A DNA stretch of 64,000 nt, from NCBI RefSeq assembly GCF_009914755.1, contig NC_060925.1; one strand, written 5' to 3'. The notes under the pieces were generated by a model. The model had not been told where the DNA came from, ran no database searches, and saw only the letters and a program-made list of their open reading frames with translations. The position numbers and the translations under genes were made by a program. Below, piece by piece: positions 20,624 through 48,534 of the stretch (the first letter of the stretch is position 1; the number at the start of each line of letters is the position of its first letter). This DNA is from the human T2T-CHM13v2.0 reference genome, Homo sapiens.

Positions 20624-21261
20624 TAGGTTAAGTTGCTCCTTACTGATCTTTTTCCAGACAGGAACATCTTGTCTCCTGTTTACAGTAACAAAAACCCCAA
20701 AACAATCCAAATGCCCATCAAGAGGAGAGAAGATGAGTAAGTTGTGTTTTATTCCTACAATGGAATGTGATTCAGCAGTTAAAACAAATGAACTATTCTT
20801 TCAGTGGGCTCTGAAAAAAATAAACAAACAAAAAACAAATGAACTACAGCTACAGATAACAATATGGTTGAATCTTAGCAATATAATATTAAGTGAGGCG
20901 ATGGCCCTTTCCTCAAGAACTCCCAGTTGAATTTGTGTCCAGCAGAGAGATAAATAGGAAAAAGTCACCCACACGTAATAAACACGCATTTCTGTGAAAA
21001 GTCTTCATACTATGGCTTTCTCTGAAAGGGCTCAGAGCCCTGTGGGTGCCCCTGCCTTGCCATTAATTCTGATAACAGCCCATGGAAGGTTATTGAGGAT
21101 GTTTGTCCTTGCTTTGTGAGGCCCTGGCCCTCAGCTCTCTGACCATATGTGGACCAGGTGTTTCCCGAGTTGGGGAGCTCCCCAGCAGGACCAGGCAGGA
21201 CTCGAGTGCGCGAGCTGATTTCCTCCCTGTCAGGTGGTGGCCAAGCCGTCAAATCCCTTAC

Positions 21262-21378
21262 CTCAGCTTGCCAGCCTGCTTCTGAATTGTATGGGAAGCA
21301 CCTTGCCTGGTGACCTCCAGGGCTCAGAGGCCTGGTACTGGCAGGAGCACCTTTCTCTGAGCAGAATCTTGGCTCCAT
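21262..21378 (-). pseudogene. Pseudo-exon WSQDSAQRKVLLPVPGL*ALEVTRQGASHTIQKQAGKL
   Basis: Strong donor GAG|GTAAGG. The pyrimidine tract ends in ctcacg, consistent with a lost AG. Confidence 0.4.
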
Positions 21379-21609
21379 CGTGAGATCAAAGACAGGTAGA
21401 GAGAGAATGTTCAACTATAACATCGTCAACCCGCTTTTGATGGAGGGGGCAAAATGAGGTCATTTCTGTTTTTCACATGCAAAAAGCAGGTTGCAAAGAC
21501 AGGACAAAAATGGCTACTTACACACATATTTAATATTAAGCACACTCAAGGTAGACAATAAAGCATCTCCCCACAACTTTCTCCCTTGATAAATACGTTT
21601 TTCCTATAG

Positions 21610-21785
21610 ACCGGTGATTCTCAAACTAGTACCACACAGAGGAGTTGTTAAAACCGATTGCTGGGCCCCATTCCCAGAGCCTCTGATTCTGTAAGTCTGG
21701 AGAGAGGCCTGAGAATCTGCATTTATAACAAGCTCTCAGATGATGCTGTCGTTGCCAGATAGTCGGGGACCACACTTAGAGAACA
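21610..21785. mobile_element. MER5A DNA transposon
   Basis: gtgattctcaaact…gattgctgggcccc…ctgagaatctgcatttataacaag…ggggaccacact. Confidence 0.8.
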
Positions 21786-22113
21786 TGTTACAGATTATGA
21801 GCAATATAGTTGTGACAAATCTTTTGATCCCATGCCTTAGAACAATCTAAAGGAAGGCATTAGAAAATCTGGAGTTCAACTGTATGGTCTCTAAGGTCTC
21901 TTCCAGAATCAGATTCTATTGTGAGGGCACAGTCAGCAATTTACTGAGGAATTTGTATCCCAAAGTCAATAAGCCAGTTGTGTACACCTCAGGAAACATT
22001 TTCCTGCAAAAATATGGTTACAGGTAGTGGTTGAAGGTCCCAGTCCAAATCACAAAAAGCCATTTAGCCCATGGTTTACATGAATTTATAGTATTGTTTC
22101 AACTATAACTTAC

Positions 22114-22218
22114 TAAAGATTCTCTTTTCCCTCTGGTTCGTTGCATCTCTTCTTCCGGCTTAAGGGGCTGCTAACAGCTGAGCCTCAGTAGAAGCCACTG
22201 TATGTGCTAGGGAGGGGC
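22114..22218 (-). pseudogene. Pseudo-exon [33 protein letters not shown]
   Basis: Acceptor cctcctccccag, donor TTA|GTAAGT, one TGA. Confidence 0.45.
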
Positions 22219-22247
22219 CTGGGGAGGAGGCACCATCAAGTTATTCA

Positions 22248-23400
<1,153 letters not shown>

Positions 23401-24259
23401 ACCCTACACCTTCTAATTTAGGGTCTGGAATTAAGTCTTTATATGTAATTTTCTGGTCATTGTTTTAAATAAATTGTACTTTTTTGGCATGCCAGTCATA
23501 GAGGTCTGGGTTCTTCTAATCTCACAATTAGTCTAATCAAAGTTGCCCCTTGCAAACCAGGAAATGATTTAACCTGATCTGCTAAAGAGGGAATTAGCAT
23601 TTGGTATGTAATATAACCCTGGCTCTTTGTACAATGGATTTTTCATTCCTGGAAATATAAGCCAGGAGTGGCTTTATGATCATACTGGGTATAAGCCCTG
23701 TCTGGTTAAGCTTGGCTGGGCTTTTCATTCTTTTTTTTTCTTTCCTGCTGGCAGGTGAGGACATTCAACTTTCGCCAACACATCTGAGACATGCTCTAAC
23801 AGCATCTTGTTGTGATTTACTGCTTAATTATAACTGTATCCATGTTTGCCTGGGCCTGCAAAAGTATTGAAGCTCTTTTAGTTCCATCTAACATAGGCAG
23901 TCATAGCTACAGACTCAGAGAAGACATTTTTTATGTTTAGTGAATTATTGGTAAAGTGGTACCAACCCAAGTCAACTAAAACAAGGATGCAGGAATAAAG
24001 CAAAGAGAACAGAGAGAGGAAACTTGCTATCAAGGAAAATGGAAGTTGAAGAAAATCTAAGCTTCGATGTTGAAGCAATATTCCCGAGCTTGGGTCATAA
24101 CAGATTTTCAAGTGGTAATCAAGAGATGGCTTCACCCATGCCATGAGTGAGAGGGAGGGAAAGAGAGAGAGAGATTGATTCGTAGTGCTTCATGAAAGCT
24201 GAACTCAGGCCAAAATTTATATACTCAGAACAAAAATAACAACTTGAACGTGCAGGTCC

Positions 24260-24569
24260 TTTTTTTTTTTTTTTTTTTTTTTTTGAGACCAAGTCTGGCT
24301 CTGTTGCCCAGGCTGGAGTGTAATGGCGTCATGATCTTGGCTCACTGCAACCTCCGCCTCTTGAGTTCAAGCAATTCTCCTGCCTCAGCTTCCTGAGTAG
24401 CTGGGATTACAGGTGCCCACCACCACATCCAACTACTTTTTGTATTTTTAGTGGAGACAGGGTTTTGCCATGTTGGCCAGGCTGGCCTCGAACACCTGGC
24501 CTCAAGTGATCCGTCTGCCTCGGCCTCCCAAAGTGCTGGGATTACAGGTGTGAGCCACCATGCCTGGCC
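24260..24569 (-). mobile_element. Alu with TSD tgaac(g/a)tgcaggt(c/t)ct
   Basis: TSD at 24245-24260 and 24570-24585. Confidence 0.95.
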
Positions 24570-24943
24570 TGAACATGCAGGTTCTGATCCAGGTGACTGC
24601 AGGCAGATCCCAACACCCGAAAGCCTGTGAGTGCCACTAGCCAAGAGGACAAGATAGGAAGACAGGTGCAGATGACTGGTCTGGAGTCCAACTGTCCCTG
24701 CTGGAGGACAACACATAGTATCTCGGTTTCACTTTTTCTCAGGAAGCCAAGAGTTTGTTTTGTTGGGACTTTTGCTATCTCCAGCCTTATTTTAAAGTTT
24801 GTCTTTCCTGAAAATCCTGAGTGGTGGGTGTTGAGAAGTCACTTTTTAGCCACCCTTGGAGGAGTAGCCCTGAACTCTTCCCAGTCTGAGGAAACCTGAG
24901 GGATGCTGTGAAATTTGGTTTCAGGCTTTGAAAGGGTGACATG

Positions 24944-25240
<297 letters not shown>

Positions 25241-25941
25241 AGGGTGACATGGATCATCATCATAATTCTGGACTCTTTTAAAGCCCCTTTCATCTGAAGA
25301 TCTCAAAGACCTGCATAATCATTAATTATTCTCATAGCACTGCTTGGATGTGCATAGATGATAGGATTCTATGAGCCTTTCCCTGGTGCTTATCTATATC
25401 TGTAGACTTCAGGTTCCATCCATTATTAGAAAAAACATATTTCCCCCAGTTTGCAGGGAAAATGAAAGTGCCTATTAAGAACACAGCTCTGGGCCAAAGT
25501 CTGTGGGCTGCACAAAGAAGTTCTGTGTAAGGCAAGGTCTCTGCTCTCAAGGAACTGACAAGTCTATTGAGGAGATAAGGAGCATGAATACCCAGCCTGG
25601 GCAACATGGCAAAACGCTGTCTCTACAAAAAATACAAAAATTAGCCAGGCGTGGTGGTGCATGCCTGTGTCCCAGGCAGACTAAGGTTGGAGGATTGCTT
25701 GAACTCAGAAGGTCGAGCCTACAGTGAGCTGAGACTGTGCCGCTGCACTCCAGCCTGGGTGACAGAGCAAAACCCCATCTCAAAAAGCCAAAAAAAAAAA
25801 AAAAGCACGAATATAAAAAAATATAAATTATTACATGATGGTATGACTAGTGTAAAGTGAGAAGTTTTCAGTGGGAAGGATCATCATGGATGCTGATAGC
25901 TTCACAGAGAAGGGGAGATTTGGACTGGACCTTTTGGTTAC

Positions 25942-25947
<6 letters not shown>

Positions 25948-25975
<28 letters not shown>
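25948..25975. repeat. (TG)n microsatellite
   Basis: Direct reading. Confidence 0.95.
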
Positions 25976-25980
<5 letters not shown>

Positions 25981-26317
25981 AATGTATGCATTTCAGGAGG
26001 GGATGGTGGCAATGGGTAAAGGTACTGAGGTAGGAATATGTATGACTCACTTAGAGTACAAATATCCTGATATTGCTGGAGTCAGGGGAATAAAGGAAGA
26101 AAAGATTGAAAAGTTGGGTAAGTCAGAACCAAACAATGAGGAGGCTTAATTATCAAATTCTCAAGATTTTGACTCTCAGTATATTCCAGAATAAATTAAG
26201 ATAAGAAACTGGCCCATAAGGACAGGTAAAGCTCATGCTTGACGTGAAATAGTAAAGGAATGGAATTGGCTGCAGAAAGAATGAAGAAGGATAGCTTAGA
26301 AGAGATGGTTTACCTAG

Positions 26318-26482
26318 AGAAGTAATTCTCACGGCGTGGTCCCTGGACTGGAGCATCAGCATCAACTAGGAACTTGTTGGAAATGCAAATTGCTGGGCCC
26401 CTGCAAGACTTATTATCAGAAACTCTGGGGCTGGACTCAGCGATCTGAGTTTTAAACAGCACACTCAAGTTTGAGAACTAGT
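26318..26482. mobile_element. MER5A DNA transposon
   Basis: gtggtccctggac…agcatcagcatca…gaaatgcaaattgctgggccc…aagtttgagaac. Confidence 0.8.
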
Positions 26483-27385
26483 GAACTAGATAAATAATCC
26501 TTTTAGCAGATAAACAGTGTAGCAGAATTCTCTCTATCCAATTTATGTTCTACATATGAAAAAACAAAACTGTTAAACCAATTATTTGAATCATTTTTAA
26601 AACTTTTTTTGTTGGCCGGGGGTGGTGATTCACGCCTGTAATCCCACCACTTTGAGAGGCTGAGGTGGTTGGATCACTTGAGCCAAGGAGTTCAAGACCA
26701 GCTTAGGTAACACAGCAAAACCACACCTCTACCCAAAATACAAAAATTAGCCAGTCTCATAACCTGGTCTCAAAATAAATAAACACATAGATTAAATTTT
26801 AAAATAAAATAAACAAACCCTTTTTATATAAACATTTTAAACCTACACAAAAGTAGACAGAACAATAAACCTTCATATACCCATCATCAGATTTAACAAT
26901 TATCAAGATGTTGCCACGTTATCACTTTCTCTCTCTGTGATTTTTTGTTTTAATCCTAGAAATTATTTCAATTGCCCAGGCATGATGGCTCATGCCTGCA
27001 ACCCTAGCACTTTGGGAGGCTAGTCAACATAGCGAGACCCCATGGTTAATAAATAAATAAATAAAATTTTTTAAAATTTCAATTCACCCATATATATTTC
27101 AGTATGTGTCTCTTAAAAATGTGCATATGTTCTTGTTTGACCATAATGTCAATTTCACACCTAACAGGATGAACAATACTTCCTATTTTCACCTAATACC
27201 CAAACTATAATCAAATATCTCTGATCATTAAAGTGCAGCCTATTTAATTCTATTGTACTTGGCTATTTTCTGTGATACACACTTAATAAAATTAGAGAAT
27301 ACTAAGATGGAAAAAACTTTAGAGATTTTTTTTCTTTGTAAAATGTCTTTTAAAAAGAATATTCCTGGCTGGACATGGTGGCTCA

Positions 27386-27679
<294 letters not shown>

Positions 27680-28656
27680 TTAGACATAAACAAGTTTAGA
27701 AGTATCTGGATGGGGGAGGGGGTGTCCTTCTTTATTATCTATGGATTGGATATTATCTGTAACATGAGTTTCCATTTTGGATACTGTGACGTCGTCATGC
27801 TAGTTGTCAGAAAATGTAATTAATCAGATAAATCGTAGTTGTAAGTACATCTCCCTGCCACATGTCAATAGTTATCTGCCCCATTCTCTGTGTAGTCAGC
27901 AAAAAGTGTTAGGGAAATGTGTGGTGTTTCCTGACATTGCCTTGGAAATACCTGTTCTGTTATTATCCCAAAATGGGTATAGAAAATGTGGTAAAATGGG
28001 GCTGGGCACGGTGGCTCACGCCTGTAATCCTACCACTTTGGGAGGCCAAGGCAGGCCTTGAGGTCAGGAGTTCGAGACCAGCCTGTCCAACATGACGAAA
28101 CCCCGTCTCTACTAAACATACAAAAAAATTAGCTGGGTGTGGTGACGGGCGCCTGTAATCCCAGCTACTCGGGACACTGAGGCAGGAGAATTGCTTGAAC
28201 CCAGAAAGCAGAGATCGTGCCACTGCACTCCGGCCTGGGTGACAGAGCAAGACTCCATCTCAAAAAAAAAAAATAAGTAAAAATATAGTAAAATGTTCTC
28301 AGCACCTTAAAAATATTCTTAGCTCTGTTAATTTCCAGAGTCAGAAATAATAATAATGTACACATTTATATAGCACTCTTAAGCCTTTTATCCACATTTA
28401 CTCATTTAGTTTGTTTAAAAAGCCATTAAGAATGTACTTACATGATGCAAAAACAACAGGATAAAAACAGACAAATGAAATCATAAGCTAGCTGACCAAA
28501 TGTTTAGGTAGTAGGAAATGGTTTTTTAAACTTAATTCTTTCAGCAAGTAATTTTTTCTGACTTGGATAGATAGATAAATACTGTTATATATGACCTGTC
28601 ATTTCTACAATGATAAACTTTGATATTTATAAAGTAAATAATTTTGGCCGGGCTCA

Positions 28657-28950
<294 letters not shown>

Positions 28951-29111
28951 TTATTAGTATATGCTCAAGACATGCACATAGTGTATGTGTACTTTATACT
29001 CTTGCAATTATACTTTGATTTAGAAGATATAACAAAATACAAATAGTAAATTTAGGGCAAAATTGAACTGTACTACCACTTAAAATGTGGTGCAAAGACT
29101 ACGGATTTTAA

Positions 29112-29457
<346 letters not shown>

Positions 29458-29759
29458 TAACCTTTCTGGGGGTGGCAGGGAGGAGGTCTGTCTCTCTCTG
29501 TCTCTTATTCCTACCATCTCTTCTTTTGCCTGTTTCCTCCCTACTTCTCCCTAGGCCACTTCACAGCTGCATCACTTATTTGTTTGTTTGTTTATTTATT
29601 TATTTTTCGAGACGGAGTCTCACTCTTTCTCCCGGGCTGTAGTGGCGCAATCTCGGCTCACTGCAACCTCCGCCTTCCGGTCTCCTGCCTCCTCAGCCTT
29701 TGGAGTAGCTGCGGTTACTAGTGCCCACCACCATGCGCAGCTAATTTTTGTATTTTTAG

Positions 29760-30019
<260 letters not shown>

Positions 30020-30412
30020 TGATCCGCCCGCCTTGGCCTCCCAAAGTGCGGGGATTACAGGCGTGAGCTACCGCGCCCAGGCGGGGGTTTCATGATGTTG
30101 GCCATGCTGGTCTCCAACTCCTGACCTCAAGTGATCTGCCCACCTCTGCCTCCCAGAGTGCTAGGATTACAGGCGTGAGCCACTGCGCCTGGCCCTGCTT
30201 ATTTATTTTTAGAGATAGAGTCTCACTCTGTCACCCAGGCTGGAGTGCGGTGGCGTAATCTTAGCTCACTGCAGCCTCAACCTCCTGGGCTCAAGTGATC
30301 CTCCCACCTCAGCCTCCCCGAGTAGCTGGGACTACAGATGTGTGTCACCAAATATTTTGTAGGGATGGGGTTTCACTTTGTTGCCCAGGCTGGTCTTGAA
30401 ATTCTGGCTTTA

Positions 30413-30749
<337 letters not shown>

Positions 30750-30900
30750 TTATGATGTTTTATTTAGACTGATTTGTAAAGTTGCAAGTACAGTAAACAA
30801 CTTGATAAATGTATAGAGTAGATCGTGTTGAAGATAAGGACAATTCCAAAAATAGTTGTCTGCCTCTCTCTGTTTTTGTTCTCCCAGTAACAAAGCTCAC

Positions 30901-31094
30901 TGCCTTTAATTATAGTTTGAGACACTGTGTTGAAATATTTAATCTCTGGGTAATGACTGGATTTTAGTTTCCTAATTGGCATCTGTGTGTTTAGCATCTC
31001 TGCCAAAGCCCAACTCCGAGAATGAGCATGTAATACAAGATGTGGACTACATGTAAAACACTCTGATACCTGCCACCTAAGCTCTGGGGAAATA
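30901..31094 (-). pseudogene. Pseudo-exon ISPELRWQVSECF...TIIKG
   Basis: Acceptor ccttcccttgtttgttatgacag and donor GCA|GTGAGC. 64 open codons in the phase required by the previous exon. Confidence 0.6.
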
Positions 31095-31185
31095 CTGTCA
31101 TAACAAACAAGGGAAGGATAAATATCATATACTTTATTATTCCACATATATGCATATTTTTAATGATCAGATTCCCCATCATTAA

Positions 31186-31347
<162 letters not shown>

Positions 31348-31660
31348 TGACACTACACCCGGCTAATTTTTTGTATTTTGTGTAGAGATGGGGTTTTGCC
31401 CTGTTGTCTAGGCTGGTCTCAAACTCCTGAGTTCAAGTGATCCTCCCAACTCGGCATCCCAAAGTGCTGGGATTACAGGCGTGAGACCCCACGCCTGGCT
31501 GACACATATTTTTTAATGCCTGCCAACAACAGGCTAGGGTTTACAAGTCAAACCAAAAATCCATGTGTGAACAGCACATAGTGAAGTGTAACTATGGCCC
31601 CAAAGAAGCCCTTGGCCTTGTGAACATGTCTTGCTCATTTCTGAATGATATTTCATGTAC

Positions 31661-31741
31661 CTGGGAGTAGCTCCCAGAAGAAAATGCTCCACCCACAACT
31701 GGGTGGCTTCCTTAAAACCTTGCAAAACCAGCTTGAAAGAA
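31661..31741 (-). pseudogene. Pseudo-exon SFKLVLQGFKEATQLWVEHFLLGATP
   Basis: Acceptor ttattcttttag, donor CAG|GTACAT, open frame, phase 2/2. Confidence 0.6.
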
Positions 31742-31952
31742 CTAAAAGAATAATTTAGGTAGAAAAGTCATTGGCTTGAACTCCATCCACCAAAACTGCT
31801 TTGTGTTTTCTTAGCTGGAGAATCCAGAGAAGTGTCATTTTTCCTATTATTGTTGGCTTTGCATTGTTTGAAACAAGATGCCACTCATTATTTGCAACAC
31901 ATCTCTTTGGTGAGTCCATGACACACTGTGGGCGTGGGACCTACACACTCAC

Positions 31953-32087
31953 ATTCCCTGAATAATGTATGTTTCCTTTGGTAGTGTTTATACAGCCTAA
32001 TGTTACACATGGGCGAAGGTGGAGCGCTGTTCTACCTATTGAGAACAGTCTAAGGTGAGAGGCCAAATCATAGATCAATGACAGGCT
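31953..32087 (-). pseudogene. Candidate pseudo-exon (45 open codons)
   Basis: Acceptor ctgtcctacag and donor AAT|GTGAGT, but the open frame is not phase-compatible with the next exon. Confidence 0.3.
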
Positions 32088-32586
32088 CTGTAGGACAGCA
32101 GACAGTGTTGCTCTTTCAGATGTGGAGAGGGAGAAGAGATTCCACTTTTCCGGTCTAGCCAATATGGGGCAACAGACATCCGACAGCAGTGTCATAAACC
32201 TTGAGCAAAAACTCAGGACAAGGGATAGCCAGCTATTTTAGAAGCTTTGAAGCTGCATATTCATCTGGAGGCCAATGTGTTCGTGTTCTTCTGAAAATGA
32301 AAACCACTCTCTTTCCTAACATGGATAACACTCTAACACTCCCGTGGGAACGAGATTGGAAGCTTTCTGCCCCAGGTCACAGTGGGTGACCAAAGAAGGC
32401 CGCTCCAAACACTGAAGCATCCTCGTGGTTTACTTAACAGGATCGAAGCAAAGCCAGCTCTCACCGCAGCAGCCTTCTACCAGTCACTAAATGATGGCAG
32501 GGCCAGCAGACTCTGTCAACTCCTGTGGTTGCCCGAATCTGATCTTCACCTCATATCCACCTTTCCCAGGCACAACCCAGAGTTCA

Positions 32587-32916
<330 letters not shown>

Positions 32917-33561
32917 TCAGATGAAGGGATCCAATCATCTCCCAGAAAAAATGCTCAGTCCTTTCACTAAATTCTCCCTATAAGATGGGAATTTTCTCCT
33001 TGTGTCATAGAAGTGGAAACTAAAGCTCAGAAAGCTCATGTGACACAGCAGGTCAGAGGCGGTGCCAGGAGAGAAACCCAGGTCTGTGTGACTCCAAAGG
33101 TCACGTTCTTTTCACTTCCTCATTTTCCACCAAAAAAAAAAAAAGTACCAGTTTTACACATAAACAAATACTGTTGTCCATTGACACTTCGGTATTAGCA
33201 GGTTCTGAGTTTCACTCTAATGGAGCTCATTGGGCCTGACTGGGTCTAGTTAGAGGTGGCAAGTATGTTAACGATATGAGGCCAGAGAGTTCTCCGCCCC
33301 TTAAGAAGCAATAACTTTATTCCTGGCCAAGGATGATGAGTTGACTATGTTCTTTGGACCCTTTGTCACGGCAAGGTATAATTCTCAATCTAGACTAGAC
33401 AGATTGGCTGGCGCTATCACTTGGAAAGAAAGGAGTTTACTCCTCTTTGATGTCCTCCTTTGTGTCTGGAAGCAATCAATATAAAATTTATTTAGCCTTA
33501 TCTTCTGTAACAAACCAAAGAGGGGAAAGTGTCCCAGAGAAGGCCGCGGGCACTTACTCAC

Positions 33562-34107
33562 CCTTATTAATTCCATGTAACAACTGAGAGGCACTTTGAG
33601 CCTCTTAACCAAAAGCTTCACATCTTCAGATGCCAAGCCTCCAGCAGCAGGGCCACATGGCTCAAGCAGACAGGGAGCAGACTGGAAGTAGGCTGGAAGC
33701 CAACCTGAGCACAGCACCATGTCTCCAGGACCAGGCGGCACAGAAACTTGAGGCCACCTGTTCATCCACTGTATTTTTACCTATTTTTAAAATGTTCAAC
33801 TCTCAGGGCTGGTGTTAGATGCTTATGATGCCACCAGGTAAGCCCACAGGTGCCAAAACATTATGTGCTTCTGCTTTGATATTCTCTGATGGATATTGCT
33901 GGCCCCAGCTCCCCTCTGGTACTTGGGGGGAAGTGGAAGAAGAAGAAAGATGAGCTGGTTGTTCTTGCTGCTGTTTCTCCACGATGAGACAGAATGAAAA
34001 CCCTCTTTGGTTCCCTTCTGAATCCACCATCTGAGGACCAAGATATTCTCGGCTTGAATGAAATCAAAGTGGTTTAAATTAAAACTAATTATATCTGCTT
34101 TTAGAAA
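33562..34107 (-). pseudogene. Pseudo-exon with RGS-like motifs
   Basis: Acceptor ttcctacag and donor AGG|GTGAGT. Open frames include FSFCLIVEK and GWLPAYFQS; frameshifts are needed to join them. Confidence 0.5.
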
Positions 34108-34118
34108 CTGTAGGAATA

Positions 34119-34450
<332 letters not shown>

Positions 34451-34909
34451 TTATCTATTAAAAGCATAAAAACATGAATGAGAAAGAAATACATTGAAAT
34501 TCTTGTTGCTAGTTCCTCTGAAGAGGGAGAGAGAACAGAAGTGGAGGAGAAGGGAAATACTGTTCAAGTGGATTTTAACCACATCTGTTTTATGTTTGAT
34601 TTCTTTTAAACGTAAAACGAAATTTGAAATAAATATGGCAGAAAGTTAACATGTGTTAATATTGTTAATTCTGGGTTATGACTACATAGGTGCTTGATAT
34701 GTTGTTCTCTGTATTTCGTTATACTGAACGTTCTCACAATAAAAATATATTTACAAATGTTTTATGTTACAACTATGACTGAACGCTAAAAACAATGAGG
34801 TACATGGACTGTGAGAATGTGTAGGAGTCCTGAGGTTGGGAAGTGTGGCCAGGGGCAGTTCCCTAAGAAGAAACTGAGGGGGTGTCAGGAGGGCTTTGTA
34901 TGCCCAGAG

Positions 34910-35824
<915 letters not shown>

Positions 35825-35959
35825 CAGGGATTGCCCTGTTACTGAGTGACACAGCTGGGAAACTATTTTGGAAGCTGAGATGGCAGGGACTTGGACTGGA
35901 GTAGTCATAGTGGTGGATACAGAGAGAAATTGATGAGTTTAACAGAAATTGAGGAAGTA

Positions 35960-40745
<4,786 letters not shown>

Positions 40746-40769
40746 GAGATAATATAGAATCACAATGTC

Positions 40770-41835
<1,066 letters not shown>

Positions 41836-41844
41836 AAAAAAGAA

Positions 41845-42945
<1,101 letters not shown>

Positions 42946-43008
42946 ATACATATACTTTTTACAAGTTAGACAAACATGCACCATACTCTTGACAGCGGTG
43001 GTTTCTAG

Positions 43009-44367
<1,359 letters not shown>

Positions 44368-45269
44368 GTTAATAGGTAGTAAGGAAGTGGAGACGATTAT
44401 TAGAAACTATTCTGTAGATTAATTGTCCCTGGAAGGAAGGGGAGATGTGGGTCAGCAGAGGAGAGAAGACAGCATTCTAACAGAGAAGGGGAGGCTGAGC
44501 ACACAGGACGGGGAAGCCATGCGCTGGCTATGCTCCGTGTACCCAAGACCCTCACTTCTCCACAACTGCTCCGTGTTCCAGGAGACTCCATCAGGCAGCC
44601 TCCACTGCCCTCCAGCTTCCAGGAGCCTCTGCACCACGGATGGGCAGGAGAGAGAGCGGCAAGGCTTGTTGCTGTCAAATACAACTCTACTCTACCTCAC
44701 TCCCAGGCCCCCACTCTCCACAGAGCCCACTTGTGCCAGGCCCCAGGGTCACCGTTTACCCCCCTTGTGGGTCCTTGCTATTGCCTGTGCCCACACACCC
44801 TGTCCTGTTCTGCTTACACCCTGTGGGTGGGCTCTTCATTGAACCCTGCTTAAACTCTGACGGTGCTCGGCAGCCCAAGTTTTGAGTGCACCACCTCTCT
44901 TCTGCCAGGACCCTGATGGGTGCATCTAACGAGGCAACCCCCAAAACAGTCAGGAGGGACCTAGATCAAGAGCTAAAGCAAGGGCAGACCCAGTTCTCTG
45001 AGACAGGAGGAAGGCAGCAGAATGGTCTGACAAAGATGTCTGCAGGCAGGAGGGTCTGCAGAATTCATACCTAATTCCCTCAGTTTTCTTGGTGAACCAG
45101 GGGGTGGTGACTTGTGCTAGGCACCCAAACTAGAGACCAATCACTCCTTTTCACAAACATTTTATAAAGAATAGTCTTGTTCTCTTCTAATGAAGAAAGA
45201 GTTTTCTCTGCTCTTTTAGTTAGGCTGCTGAGCACTGCTGGGTTTTATTATCACGAAGCTAATGAGGGG

Positions 45270-45500
45270 TTAAGGATGTTGACTAGAGCCAGACTGTCTA
45301 GTTTGAGTCCTCATTATTGCTATTTTGTGACCTTGGACAAGTCACTTAGTCTCCATGCCTCAGCTTTCTCATCTGTAAGATAGGAGTGATAATAGGATTT
45401 GCTTCATAGGTTTCAAGAGGATTAAAGGATTTCACACATGTAAAAACACTTAGAACAGTGCCCAGTCCACAATATGCACTCAGTAAACGTTAGCTATTAC
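45270..45500 (+). mobile_element. MIR
   Basis: tgtgaccttggacaagtcacttagtctccatgcctcagctttctcatctgtaa core. Confidence 0.8.
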
Positions 45501-46150
45501 TGCTGAAGAGAGAGGCAGCAGGAGGGTAACTTGAGCAAGTGGAAGAGCCAGGGCAGGAAACAAACAGGACTTAAGCAAAGACAGGTGAAAAGTGCTGAGA
45601 GAAGACAGAGAGCTCAGATAGCCCAGCAGAGGTTGAAGCAATGCATTTCATTCATTCAAACACTGTCTTGAGTGCTCACTATGTGGCAGGAATTGCACTA
45701 GGGGCTAGAACCACAGCAGTGAATAAAACAGAGTTTCAATCCATGCAGACAGGGATATGAACAGTAGTGGGGTCCAGTCTTCTGGCTGCTGTTTCTCCAG
45801 GTGCTCGGCAGCCCAGGGACGGGGTGGCTGGACTGCTCCCCGGGTAAGGACAAGATGCTGCTCCGGGCAAGGTGAGGGGTTACAATGAACAGGTATCCAC
45901 TTGAGCTAGCTCAGGTCAGAGAGGGTGGGGCCAGCAGTGGGCATTACTAGGACACAGCAGGCAATCTTGGATTGCTGGATTCAAAGAGCAGGAAACAGGG
46001 CGAAAGGATGCGCCTTAGGGGACCACGGTGGGACAGAAAAGGAGGCTCCCCTCTGCTTTTTGTACTTCGGGTTCCTTCAGCTCCACCTCTCTCCACTCAT
46101 CTCTCCTGAGCAGTGTCTTCTGCCTAGCTTTCTCTTAAAAGGCATCTCTC

Positions 46151-47222
<1,072 letters not shown>

Positions 47223-47477
47223 TAGGTCAAGAGAGGAAGCATAATGTGAGTTACTTTAGGCCAGGATCAGTCTGTGCCAGAGATGGAGGGAAATCATCTT
47301 CCCCAAATCCCTGGCCTTACATGGGTGCCATTAACCGTCTCAAGTGTTGGATGGGCCTTGGCAGCCTGAAGGCCAACAGCCCCATGTGAGGGGCTGAGCT
47401 CCCACTGACCTGCCCACCTTCTCCAGGAAGTTCTTCCTCTGGAACTAATCACAAATAAGTATCTCCTACAAGAAAGG

Positions 47478-48310
<833 letters not shown>

Positions 48311-48534
48311 CATAGGGATTTGACTCTGATCTCTGATGGGATGAAGCCTGAGGGCCATCTAATTGTACATGAAGGAATGATGCTTAGGAAATATGTGGAA
48401 AAGATTGAAATAACTCAAGAACCCATCAGAATAAGTACCGTTGCTTTGTATTTCTGGCAGCATAGAAAACAGACTTTCTCTAAAACAGCTGTTCATATGT
48501 TTATGTTTCTGCTTTGGTGTGCCACATGTGGCGT

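Noticed and set aside
21010-21414. 134-aa non-Alu ORF as a stand-alone gene
   Set aside because: No recognisable family. It overlaps a pseudo-exon with an internal consensus donor in another frame, and GC-rich DNA gives long ORFs by chance.
27685-27799. Minus-strand 39-codon open segment after an AG (HDDVTVSKMETH…)
   Set aside because: No good donor, and its phase does not fit the upstream pseudo-exon. Left out of the model.
31815-31909. Plus-strand exon-like unit (ttttcttag…TTG|GTGAGT, open frame), with similar units near 14676-14733 and 45801-45842
   Set aside because: Isolated, with no protein motif or chain. They serve as a reminder that exon-like windows arise by chance, although a lncRNA exon is not excluded.
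44862-45815. 16-bp direct repeat ggtgctcggcagccca at 44862 and 45800 (similar at about 36580)
   Set aside because: Too short and dispersed to define an element. It resembles a motif in old MaLR LTR ends.
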